Shown: in pieces, positions 12,683 through 25,255 of the stretch
Numbering within the stretch: the stretch's first letter is position 1
How the letters are laid out: every line of letters starts with the position of its first letter
Origin: Felis catus
Lineage: Eukaryota
DNA: 64,000 nucleotides
Assembly: GCF_018350175.1 (NCBI RefSeq)
Contig: NC_058368.1
Location: 38,256,001 to 38,320,000 of the forward strand
Reading direction: 5' to 3'
Made by a program: the position numbers and the translations under genes
The notes under the pieces: model-generated
Database searches by the model: none
Told to the model about the DNA's origin: nothing
Seen by the model: only the letters and a program-made list of their open reading frames with translations

Positions 12683-12902
12683 TTTTTTTTTCAATTTTTT
12701 TTAACATTTATTTATTTTTGACACAGAGAGAGCATGAACAGGGGAGGGTCAGAGAAAGAGGGAGACACAGAATCTGAAACAGGCTCCAGGCTCTGAGCTG
12801 TCAGCACAGAGCCCGATGCGGGGCTTGAACCCAGGGACCGGGAGATCATGACCTGAGACGAAGTCGTCCGGACGTTTAACCAACTGAGCCACCCAGGCGC
12901 CT
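12683..12902 (-). mobile_element. Can-SINE, felid type, relatively young
   Basis: Several CpGs retained; TSD gatgcttctttttt at 12674-12687 and 12903-12916. Confidence 0.96.
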
Positions 12903-13444
12903 GATGCTTCTTTTTTATAATGGGATAAATATCATAGGCACTAGGTTGTGAATCATGACAATTTAACCAAATTTCATGAGTACTGCAGTCAATTAAGAAA
13001 CCTTCCACATTAGAGATACTTATGAACATATTCAAGTGGATACAGCATCATATTTATAAATTTTTGTTGAATAAATTATAAAATAATTGACATCACCTCA
13101 CACATTGACCTTTTTGTCGGCATATAGTGAGAACATTTTTCTCTCTAAGCAACTTGCAAGTATGTAGTACAGTGTTTATTTCCAGGCCCTGTCATTTATT
13201 TGTCCCTGTTTTATAGTATCAGAAACGTAGGTTATTTACACCTTAAGTTTTTCTAAGACTCAATGTCCTGGGCCACAATGTCCTTTGATCTTAATCTCTT
13301 CCTCCCTTGCCTTTAACTAAGTTGTTTTTTCAACTACACTCATATATTGCAATCCCCAAGAATAGACCTTTGATGTCCAGTGTTTCAAGTATGTGTTCTG
13401 CCATATGTGATCATAGGTATCTGATACTGTCCTTTATCATTCCA

Positions 13445-13690
13445 AGCATAGTGTTAATTAAGCGATTAGTCTCTAGAGTCTTGAACATTTCACCTTGGAA
13501 TTCACAGCCTCATTCTAATATGTTCTTTCTGTATGATTTGGGCAAGTAATTTAATCTTTCTGTCTCTTTGTTTCTATCTATAAACGAATGATAATGAGTA
13601 CCCATCTTCTAAGTTCCTTTTGAAGCATAATTGAGTAAATATTCATAAAACATTCAGATTGTTTATCACTTCCTAAGCATACAATAAGGT
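13445..13690 (+). mobile_element. MIR SINE
   Basis: MIR core tgtatgatttgggcaagtaatttaatctttctgtctctttgtttctatctataaacgaatgataatgagtacc. Confidence 0.75.
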
Positions 13691-14841
13691 TTTAACCATT
13701 TTACTTAAATACATAGTAATTGCCAATCTCCTTTTCATAAATATTTGGCATAAGACTGAACTTTTCAAAGGCAAGATTTGTCTTTTATTTAGGTACCCAC
13801 AATGCTAAAAAGAGCAAGATACAGAAACAACCACATTTTTGAATGAATGATTACATATCAAATTTTCTTAATCTAAATTGCAGCACTTTACAAAGCATCT
13901 CCTAAGAGGTTGTTGTTTTGAAACTGAAAACTTCTCTGCATGATATGGAATTATGGGATTTTGGAAGGAAGGATTTCAGAATTTAGCATTTCTTCGATAT
14001 TTATATATTTTACTATATATTTATCATTTTATACAGAAAAACTGTACCATCATCTTTTATATACCATAAAAATGTTAGGTACAAAATACCAGATTAAGGA
14101 GTATATTTTTTAATGGTTCTGATTTTGTAGTGCTTCATCATACATGTGTTTAACTCCTTGCTAATCGAGACTTTTATCTGTTTTGGGTGATAATCACTTT
14201 TGACTGGTAGCCAGAAGATCATAGTTTATGATGGTTTCATGAATTTTTACACTGGAACCCATCTTCAGGTGAACTATGTAGAAAATGTAAATATGTGTTT
14301 GTCATTAATGCATATTTTATGATACTTCAGTTATAAATTTGAACTAAGCTACAAACAAGCTTTATACATCAATACATTAATTGCCTTCTGAAGTATGTAT
14401 TAGTGTTTTTTTTTTTTTTCAAGATAAACAGACTGTGGAAGCAAGAATCTAAGTCATTTCTAAGGTCACAGGTAAGAAAGGAAAAATCAACCTACAAGAG
14501 TAAGGTTATCTGAGTCCCAAGCCCGAGCTTTTATAGACTGAATTATACTGCTTCAGATACTGAAAAACTTAAGTGAATAAAATTTGGGCTCATGGTTATA
14601 ATTAGTATATCTTCTTCAAATGTAGTCTCTACTTCTAAAATTGAATATGTATTTTTTTCTTTCCCTTACTTCCATGGAGAAAGAAGAAAAATTTCATGAT
14701 TGTATATACTAGGATTTCAGATAGATTTAATAGAGTCAAGATAAAGATTTTGGAAAAACTAGAGTTAGAAATGTTTTTCTCTGTACAAAGATCATATTTC
14801 TAAACATTAGAAATATTTCATAATTAGGAAAATTATTTTGT

Positions 14842-14966
14842 GGCATGCCTGGCTGGCTCAGTCAGTGGAGCATGCACTCTGGACTCTTGATGTCAGGGTC
14901 ATGAATTCAAGCCCCACACTGGGCATGGAGCCTACTTAAGTAAAAAAAAAAAAAAAAAAAAAAAAA
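14842..14966 (+). mobile_element. Short old-type Can-SINE with an A25 tail
   Basis: ggcatgcctggctggctcagtcagtggagcatg..ggtcatgaattcaagccccacactgggcatggagcctactt followed by poly(A). Confidence 0.9.
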
Positions 14967-15470
14967 GTGTGTGTGTGTGTATATATATATATATACACAC
15001 ACACACATATATGCATATATGCATGTGTATATATATACACACATACATATATGCATATATGTATATATGTATGTGTGTATATATATGCATATATGTATGT
15101 GTATATATGTGTGTATATATACATATATACATATATACGTGTATCTACATATACACGTATATATGTAGATACACATATATATGTACATACGTGTATATAC
15201 ACATATATACATATATATACGTAGATACACATATTACGTATATATACATATATACGTAGATACGTGTATCTACATATACATGTGTATATATATGTATATA
15301 CACATATCTACGTATATATAAACATATATACGTATCTAAGTGTATATACATATACATGTATATATGCGTATATACACGTATATACATATATACATGTATA
15401 CATGTGTATACATATAAACATACATATATATACATATGTGTATATATACATACATACACACATGTATATA

Positions 15471-15501
<31 letters not shown>

Positions 15502-15503
15502 AT
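14967..15503. repeat. Compound alternating purine-pyrimidine microsatellite (TA/CA/TG), about 535 bp
   Basis: Read directly; source of the many Y/I/H/T/C/V ORFs at 14.9-15.5 kb. Confidence 0.97.
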
Positions 15504-16803
15504 AGTGACAGTCCCCTTGACTAGAGCTTTTAAGACACTAGGTAAATATATATCAGGAATTTTACGAATGCGCCATCTACGCTGGAATGGTTAAGTTCTC
15601 TCGAATGCTAGGACTGTGCAAAAGTGTGCCTTGGTTGCAACGTACATAGATGCTTTAACAAATTAGTGCCAGATATACCAGGTGCTCTTGGGAGCCAGTG
15701 GAGAAAGTGTTTTTGGTACAATGGCCTAAAATCCTTTCATGTTAGAATAAGCATACTAACTTCATGTTTGTTTAAGACCAGCTCTTGCCAGATCTAATGG
15801 CTATCTATGTACTCTAGAACTTAAATTTAAATCTCAAAAAATATTCTAGGATAACTATTCAGTTTGAGAGGGTAGAAGAAATTGGCCAGTACAAAAGATA
15901 GTATGCTAAACTCTAATTATCTTAACTATAAATGGTACCAAGTAGAAGGAAAGAGATTAAAGATTTTAAGTACCATGATAGAGCAGTTGGCTGGATTTAG
16001 GATCATAAAATAATATTGTCAAGACTGTGATTCACCATCTAGCACTGTTTCTCTCCACCTGTCTCTCTTCTGACATTCCACAACACTAACAGAACAAGAG
16101 TAAAAATGAAGTTAACTGCTAGGTAAGTCAGATGGTGAGTTAATGCTAATGGACCCAACATTAGCATAATGAACCTGGATGATCAAAATACTAATAAAGA
16201 AGGCATCTGTTGCCTAGGTTTGATTCATTTTTTCAAGTACCCAGTCTCTGAGCATTGGTCATGAAACCCTCCAACACCACTGGCAATTATGAGTTACTTT
16301 CAGCATATGTGACACTGCCAGTGTGTCTATATTGGAAAGGGAAGTAAGAGTCTTCACTTGTATGAGAGTGTTGTCTACCACATTCGGTGTGTGTTGAATT
16401 ACAAACTGAATGTTAAGTAAAGTGTTGATCATTTCACAGAAGGAGAAAAGAAAATAGTCTCATAATTTCCCTTCTTGTTATTCTAAATCATTATTGATGG
16501 TTTTGGTAACATTTTTGAAAAGTAAATGTATTGCACCCAACTGATACCTGAATGGAGTTATAACAATGCTGCTTTGCTATAATTCCTTTAAAAATATTAT
16601 GAACCATATGCTGCTGTCTAACTTAACACAGAGATTTCCAGATTTTTGGTTTATTTATGCATTTTAGAGTTCCCTCGCAGATTTCTCACTTAATGAAAAA
16701 TTCTCTGACACCTTACCCAATGAGAGATATTGATAAGCATGAAAATTAGAGCTCTCACAAATGAGATATAAATATAATGTTTTTCTTTATCTTGTCGTAG
16801 ATC

Positions 16804-16806
<3 letters not shown>

Positions 16807-16834
<28 letters not shown>
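16807..16834. repeat. (GT)14 microsatellite
   Basis: Read directly. Confidence 0.95.
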
Positions 16835-17359
16835 AGTTCAAAAAAGGAAACTTATTTTAGTAACCAGAAAGTTTTTCTAAGTACAAAGGATTTAGAATTG
16901 GAAAATTGTATATAGGTTCCTCCTCTGGCACTTGCTAAATGTATATATTTGGGCAAGACTCTGCTTTAATGGAAAAAAAATTCTTATAACACATAGTTGT
17001 TGAGGATTAAGTGGAAAAAATTTATGTGAAAGGCTGAATGCCTGACACCAGGGAGGTCTCCAAATAGATACACGTTTAAAACAAAAATAAATGACATTTT
17101 TAATATTAGGTAGTATTCAGGGAAAAAAGGTACTAGAAAATCCCACCTGAAAAATTACATTTGATGACAGGAATAAGAACATTACAGACTACTCAATTAT
17201 TTCTCCATTTTTCCGCACATCAATCTTTCCATCTGACTGATCTATTATCTTCTACCATCTTTAACTTGTGATCCAGATCACAGAGAAAATAAGTATTCAC
17301 GTATTTTCCTCCCCCTTCAGCTTTCAAATCCATTCACAAATTTTTATTTTGATACTCAT

Positions 17360-17940
17360 TTCATTTAGGTGGCCACTTTCTATCACCAGAATTGAGGTAA
17401 CAGTCTGTTAACTGGCATCTCTGCCCCTAGTCTAGTCTCTCCGAATTCCATCCCATCTAAAAGCCAAGCTGTCCACTGTGACCACAGTGTTATTTCAAGA
17501 TAGAAGCCTGATTCTATCCTACTTTAAAAAACTTTTTAATGGTTCTCCATTGCCCTATAGGTACAGTCCAACTTCTTTGCATAATATATAAAGACTTGTA
17601 TGAATTGTTCCTGGCCCTTTCTTCATCTCTCGCTATCCTCCCTTCATGTAGGTAAAATATTCAACTAAATACTGTGCAGTTGCCAGAATAAGTTAAATTT
17701 CTTTGCTTCCTCACCCATGTCTATTCATTTCTTTCATTCCCTTTCTTCCACCTAACTTCTAGTCTCCATTTTTGACAATGGATCCCTCTCCCTTTTGTAT
17801 GCTCCAAAAGCCTCCTGCTGCTGGAGAATGTACAATGGCTTGATTCCTTTTCCCTGTCCTCCAACAGACAATAGAGGCTAGGAAGGGAAAACATAGTTCT
17901 GATACACATTTGGAGCCCAGTAAATATTTGCTGTATTAGT
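17360..17940 (+). mobile_element. L2 LINE 3' fragment
   Basis: L2-like blocks: aactggcatctctgcc, ttaatggttctccattgccctataggtacagtccaacttct, terminal cagtaaatatttgctg. Confidence 0.65.
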
Positions 17941-19302
17941 AATGAGTCTGGGTTATGGTTAACACTTTCTCACACAGAAATTTGTCTTTCAGAGTTACTG
18001 AAGCTTTTTAGTTCTGAAGAAAAATCTAGTACAGAATCCTATTCTGAGTAAGTTTATAAGGTTTCTGTTTGCTTCTGCACAAATAGGAAAGAAAGTGTGA
18101 CATAATACTTTTTTCAAGATCCATTTCTTGTAGAAATATCAAATGCTTTACTGTTCATGTGACAACAACTCAATTTAGCACTATCTGAATCGCTGCTGAG
18201 CAGAGCCAAGCTTCAAAGCCAGTCGACGTATAAAAATGTTGACATATCAACTTCTTATGAATTCACATAGAGTGAGGAAAATGGATTGCTTGGAAAAATT
18301 ACAAATGCCTGAGAGTCCAGTGGATTCAGTTTTAATGAGTTAATATCTATAAGCATACTACAAAAAAAGTTTTTGTAACGGCTTCATAGAATTGGGATTG
18401 TGTTATAAAATCGCTAACTAGCAGTGGCAAAGCCACTTCCATTAGATTATTGGCCTCTTTCAAGATAAAAATGATTTTGTTTCATAATCTTCTGATCGGT
18501 GTTTAAAATTCATCTTTTACATTGATTTTTATGTTGTGAATAAAACTTTTACATACTCATTTTATATATATGCAGATATATGTAAATCTGCATATACAAG
18601 GTACTGCTTGCATTATAAACGTTAATTTGAACAATTAACATGAAATATTTTAGTGGATATCCTGATAATTTAATGTAAAATATGCATGCTGCAAAAGAAG
18701 CTGACAAAGGAATAACCTGTAAATTGTCAGGAACAAATATTTAGCCATTCATCAAGTTGAAAGCTAATCAAGAAAGTACACAGTTTAATACCTGTGTCAT
18801 TTGGGACACAATTTAGCAGTAAGAGATAGAAAATACAACCAGTAGTAACTTAAAAATATAGATGTAATATCCCTCCTCCCATAAGAAATTCAAAAGAAGC
18901 TGAATGTTCAAATTAGTTCTCTAGGTCAACTAAGTTAGAATCAGATTTCCTTTGCCTTGCCTTTGTAATAACATCATCACTTCAGTCTGCAGGCAACACA
19001 TTCATCTTAAGGATCAGAATACAGTGATAAGCATAGAGCCCTGGCAACCTGCTTCTTTAACCGAAAAAGTGAAATTTTCCAGAGGATCCTCAGAAGTTTG
19101 GAAGTATCTCATTGACCATAATTGTTTCTCAGGCCACAACTGGCTGCCAAGGAGATGGGAAAGGATATTTTCATATCCAAGCCTATTTAGAAAAGGCAGA
19201 CAAGACAGAGAGAAAGAACACAGAATGAAAGTGTATTCATTATTGTATGATTCAGTGATTGCAGATTATATGTCTTGCTTAACACCTCACTTCCAAAAAG
19301 AC

Positions 19303-19342
<40 letters not shown>

Positions 19343-19486
19343 CACACACATATATGTATATATATATACATATATATGTATATATGTGTGTGTATACATA
19401 TACATATATATGTATATATGTATATATATGTGTGTGTGTGTATATATATATACACACACACACACATATATGCATACATATGCATG
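19303..19486. repeat. Compound (TA)n/(CA)n/(TG)n microsatellite
   Basis: Read directly. Confidence 0.97.
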
Positions 19487-20479
19487 CAGGGTTGGGGACA
19501 AGAACATCATTTAGTTATTTGACATTGTCTATTGTGTACTTTTTTTTTTTCCATAAGAACTCAGGTTTCATGTCCTTTTTGAACGATTATAGTAGATGTC
19601 TCTCACCTTTTAGCACCATTGCACTACTTTGGCTCAATTTATTTGGTCACTCAGAGTGATAGAACATATGAAAATATCTTGGTAAATTAAAGAGAGACCG
19701 ATGGGGACTATTGATCATATGAGGAACATGGAGAGGCGGCACATGTTTATGACTTGCCAGGAAACCACTTATTGGGGAAACAGGATGAGTAGCAGGTATA
19801 TGATCCCCACCCCCTGAGCTATTGCACTCTGGGGTGGCTCCCACAAATCTGGAAGGGCTTGATATCAGATTCCAGGAGCTGAGGAGGTGTGGAATTTTTT
19901 TTGAAATATGATTACTATACAGCATTACATTGGTTTCAGGTATACAACATAATGATTCAATAATTCTTTATATTATTCAGTGCTCACGGAAAGTGTAGTC
20001 ACCATCACTGAATATTATTACAGTATTTACCATACTCTTTATGCTGTACTTCTCATCCCATCACTGACTTATTTTATAGCTGTAAGTTTGTATCTCTTCA
20101 TCTTCTATGTCTATTTCACTCATCCCTCCTCCCCTCCCCTCACAACCTGTATTTTTTGTTGTTTTGTTTTTGTTTTTAGACTCCATATGTAAGAGAAATC
20201 GTATGATATTTGTCTCTTATTTCTTTTAGCGAAATATTCTCTGTGTCCATTCACCATGTGGCAAATGGCAAAATTTCATCTTTGTATGGCTGAATAATAT
20301 ATGCCACATACTCTTGATCCATCCACCTATCAGTGGACACCTAGATAGCTTCCATATTTTGGCTATTGTAAACAATGCTGTAATAAACAAAGGGGTGCAT
20401 ATATCCTTTGAAATTAGTATTTTCATATTCTTTGGGTAAATCTCCAGTAGAATTACTGAATCATATGGTATTTCTATTT

Positions 20480-20669
20480 TTAATTATTGTTTTGAATGAC
20501 AGTGTGAGCAGGGGAATGGCAAAGGAAGAGACAGAGGGAAAGAATCTCAAGCAGGCTCTACCTTCAGCACAGAGCCCCACATGGGGCTTGATCCCAGGAC
20601 CCTGGGATCATGACCTGAGCCTAAATCAAAAGTCAGATGCTAAACCAACTGAGCCACCCAGGCATCCCT
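20480..20669 (-). mobile_element. Can-SINE inside L1
   Basis: gaatctcaagcaggctc..gatcatgacctgagc..aaccaactgagccacccaggcatccc. Confidence 0.92.
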
Positions 20670-21231
20670 AATTTTTAAATTTTTGATGACCCTCCATTGT
20701 GTTTTCCACAATGACTGTGCCAATTTATGTTCCCACTAATAGTGCACAAGGGTTCCTTTTTTTCATGTCCTCACCAACACTTGGTATTTCTTGTCTTCTT
20801 GATGATAGCCATTCTATTTCATGTGGTTTTGTGAGGTAGTATCTCACTGTGGTTTTGATTTGCATTTCCCTGATGATTATTGATGCTAAGCATCTTTTCA
20901 TATGTCTTTTGGCCATCTTGATGTCGTCTTTGAAAAAATGTCTATTCAGGTCCTCTGCCTATTTTTTAATCAGTTTTCTTTATGTTTGTATTGTGTAAAG
21001 TTCTTTACATGTTTTGGTTATTAACCTTTATTGGATATATAATTTGCAAATATTTTTAAGTATCTTTTCCAATTCACTAGGTTCTCTTTTCATTTTGTTA
21101 ATGGTTTTTTGTGCTGTGCAAAAGATTTTTGTTTCAGCATAGCTCCAAAAGTTTATTTCTGCTTTTCCCTTGCCTTAGGAGACCTATCTAGAAAAATGTT
21201 GCTAAGGCCAATGTCCAATAAATTACTTATT

Positions 21232-21434
21232 AAATTTTTAAAGTTTATTTATTTTTGAGAGAGAGAGTGTGTGCCCATGGGAGCAGGGGAGGGTAAGAGA
21301 AAGAGGGAGAGAGAGAATCCCCAGCAGGTTCTGCACTGTCAGCACAGAACATGACATGGGCTTGATCTCATGGACTATGATATCTTGACCTGAGCAAAGT
21401 CAAGAGTTGGACACTTAACAGACTGAGGCACCCC
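21232..21434 (-). mobile_element. Can-SINE inside L1
   Basis: TSD aatgtccaa(t/g)aaatta at 21210-21225 and 21435-21450. Confidence 0.94.
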
Positions 21435-24400
21435 AATGTCCAAGAAATTATTGCCTGTCTTTTCTTCTAGAGGTTTTATAGTCTCAGGTCTTAAATTTAT
21501 ATCTTTAATCTACTCTGAGTTCATTTTTGTGTGTGAAAGAAAGTGGTCCACTTTCATTGTTTTGCGTGTAGCTCCAGTTCCATTTATTGGAAAGACTGTG
21601 GTTTTTTATTTGCTGTTCTTGTTGCTTTTTTACCCATTCTATATTTTTGCCTCCCTTGTCCTAGATTAATTGACCATATATGCATGCATTTATTTCTGCA
21701 GTCTTCATCCTGTTCCATTGATCTATGTGTCTGTTTTTGTGCCAGTACCATAGTGTTTTGATTCCTATAGCTTTTTAGTATATTTTGAAATCTGAGTCGT
21801 GATACCTCCAGCTTTGTTCTGTTTTCTCAAGATTGCTTTGAATATTTTTTGAGTCTTTTGGTTCCACACAAATTTTAGGATTATTTGTTCTAGTTTTGTT
21901 AAAACTATTGGTATTTCAATTGAGATTGCATTGAATCTGTAGATTTCTTTGGCTTCAATAATATTCTTCCGTGAGCATGGAATATTTTTCCATTTGTTTG
22001 TGTCACTTTTAATTTCTTTCATCAGTATTTTATAGTGTTCAGGTCTTTGACCCTCTTATTCCTAAGTAATTTCTTCCTTTTCCTTTTCCTTTTATCATAA
22101 ATGGGATTGTTTTATTTCTCTTTTTTGCTACTTCGTTATGAGTATATAGACATGCAACAGATTTATGCATGTAACTTTTATGTACTGTGACTTTACTGAA
22201 TTAATTTATCTGTTCTAGTAGATTTCTAGTGGAGTCTTTGGAGTTTTCTATATCATAGTACCATGTACTCTGCAAATAGTTAAAATATTAACTGTGGGGT
22301 TTTTATAAATGGGCTTTATTTTGTTGAAGTTTGTTCCCTCTAAACCTATTTTGTTGAGAGTTTTTATCATGAATGAATGTACTTTGTTGAATTATTTCTC
22401 TGCAGTCTTGAGATGATCATATGTTTTTTATCCTCTCTCTTGTTCATGAAATGTATCACATTTATTGATTTGTGAATATTGAACCACCCTTGCATACCTA
22501 AAATCCTACTTGATTATGGTGAATGATTTTTTAATGTTTTATGGAATTCATTTTGCAAATATCTTGGTGAGGATTTTTGTATCTATGTTCTTCAGTTATT
22601 GGCCAGTATTTGTTTTTTTATTTCTTTGTTTTTTAGAGTGTCTTTTTCTGTTTTAGTTATTAGGGTAATGTTGACCTTACAGAATTAGTTTGGAAGTTTT
22701 CCTTCCTCTTCTATTTTTCAGAATAGTTGAGAATAGGTATATTCTCTGATTTAAATATTTGGTAGAATTCACCTATGAAGCCATTTTCTCCTGAACTTCT
22801 GTTTGTTACTTTTTTTTCTTTTTCTTTTTTTTTAAATATTTCAAGTTACTATTGATCAGTCTATTCAAACTTTCTATTTGTTCCTGATTCAGTATTGTAA
22901 GTTTGGTTGTTTCTAGGAATTTATCAATTTCTTCTAGACTGTCCAATTTGTTGGCATATAATGTTCCATAATATCCTGTTAAACTTATTTGTTTTTCTGT
23001 GGTATCAGTTATTTCTTCTCCATTTCTGACTTTATTCATCTGAGTTCACTTCATGCATCTGAGTCCTTGCCTCGACTTTGGTATGAATTGCTATAATTTA
23101 ATTCACTGCCAGCTTAGTTATTTTGGTAGGTGGTAGCATTCAGCTCCCCACCCCACCCCTGCTTTTTATAGCATGATGTAGGGCCTGAAATACAAGCACT
23201 TTTGGATAGCTATAGGATATAGTAAGCCAGTGAAAGATTCATCACATCAACAATCATTGCTGGGGAAGCAAAGATCTCTTCATGATGCTGGGATTCGAGT
23301 TTTGGAGTTGACTAGGATACCAATTGTCTAAGTATTGGGCAGGAATTTGTTTCAATGGAGTGTTAGAGGAGGCCAACCTGTGAGAGTATAGACTTCAGGG
23401 GATCAGTCAATTCTAGAGGAAGCAGTTAAACAATGTAAATATCATTTAAAATGTTACCCTAAAAAACATTTTAACTGATCTTAAATATATATCCTAATTA
23501 CATATCCTGGAAACATTGTAAGTCTTTGTGTTAGGGTTGCTTGAAATTTTATATTCTCCAAAAAAGTTTTCTATATATATTGCAAAAATGCATAAAAGTT
23601 GTATTTCTGGCTCCTGTAAAAACTGGCAGTTTGTATAAAGATGGTTGTATGATGGAGAAATGAAAAAAAGCTGTACTATACTGTACTGACAAAGCTTGAA
23701 AGAGAAAATAACATTTTCTGATACACTTAATTTAAAATTAAAGCCTTTCACTCTAGAAATAAATACACTTTCAATTTTATTATGAATTTTATATCACTAC
23801 TAAGGGAGGATAAGTCACAAAATGATATTATCACCATCTACAATTACTGAACTTTGATTTTAAAAAATATTATTAAAACAATTCCTATCCTATAACTTAA
23901 ATAGTTCTTAATGTTTGTGTCATTCTTAATATAATCTCCAACAATTACACCTTGAACTTTTAACAAAATCTATATATAATTAAATCTATTTTTACATATA
24001 CATTTCAAGCAGCACTATATTTCAGTGACATTCCCTGAAGGAACATAATTTTTAGTACCTTAGCATAAATCAAAACTGCCATAGAAGCAGCACTGGTCAT
24101 TACCTCAAATATTTAATAACTCCAGGAAGAAAGAAAGGATGTGACTAAAATGTTGAGTTCAAGGGGGAATGGCCATTTTTAAAAATATATGCTTTCTTTT
24201 TTAAACAGTGAGTATCTTATTATAGTATCTTATTAACCCTTAATGTCCTTCCATGAAATGCTAGACATACTTAGAATCAGAGTCAATATTTATGGGCCTG
24301 AAAATTTTTATCTCTACAGAAAATATGCAGACAAGTCATAAAAGAGCAGTTTCTTTGTTTAGCAACCTCCTGTCCACATGAGCAGGGAGTTCACAGGCTA

Positions 24401-24559
24401 GACTCCTGTCACCCCAGGACGATGAGTCAGGACGTCAAGCCAATAGGCTTGGTGCCCACTGTCCTGAAAGAACAGTAGCCATGAATCCACCAAGTTCCCA
24501 TCTCTGCTGTTATGAAAGAAGAATTAATCCTATTTCTTTCAAAAGTCATGCCCTCCATC

Positions 24560-25255
24560 TGCTCTTTGGATTCTATTTTTTATCTTCTTCCTGGAAAATT
24601 TATCTTAACAATCATATTCATCTTTCTTATGCATTGTATCAGTCTCTGTACATTGTCGGTCTCATTGACCTACAGAAATGCTCACATCTCTTCAATTTTA
24701 GGGGAAAAATCAAACTACACCCCCAAACACATGATTACAAGTTCTGCTCTGGAGTTGTCTCATTCTCACTTTAGCTTAATAACCATACTTTTTGCAAGTT
24801 CTGTAGAAGTTCAGTCTCCATTTCCTCTGCTCCAAGGATTCACAGACTTCCTTAAGTAGATCAAATGCACTATGGCTTCCTCACATCACAGGATTTTTTG
24901 TCCTAATTTTCCCTCTGAAATGCTTCCAGTTGCACACTGTCCACTGGCACTTAACCCAGTCAAATGCCATTCATTCTTTAGATATCAACTCAAGCATCAC
25001 TTTCTCAGAAACTTTTTAAACAATTTGTAATATACCCTCATCTAATTGTATTTTTGTTTTTGTTTTTGTTTTTTTTTTTCACTCTGGAATCACCATTTCA
25101 TCAGTGTGCTATTTTGATCACTCACTGTCTTCTTTCCTAATAGCAGGAAGATCCATCAGAACAAAGGGCTGTTTCTGTTTCTATGTATCTGGAATCTTCA
25201 GTGCTAAACATAATTGGCACACAGTAGGCCCTCAAATATTACTGAATAAGTAGTT
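24560..25255 (+). mobile_element. L2 LINE fragments including the 3' end
   Basis: tcattctttagatatcaactcaagcatcactttctcag and tggcacacagtaggccctcaaatattactgaata (L2 3' terminus). Confidence 0.6.

Larger units (their letters stand above)
19895..23045 (-). mobile_element. 5'-truncated carnivore LINE-1 (3' UTR plus degraded ORF2)
   Basis: Minus-strand ORF2 peptides [81 protein letters not shown]-rich tail at 19895. Confidence 0.95.

Noticed and set aside
14907..15524. Stack of overlapping Y/I/H/T/C/V-rich ORFs
   Set aside because: These are translations of the alternating dinucleotide tract.
18952..19659. Longest ORF in the track (235 aa)
   Set aside because: It starts at TTG and stays open by crossing a stop-free TA/CA microsatellite; no recognisable domain.
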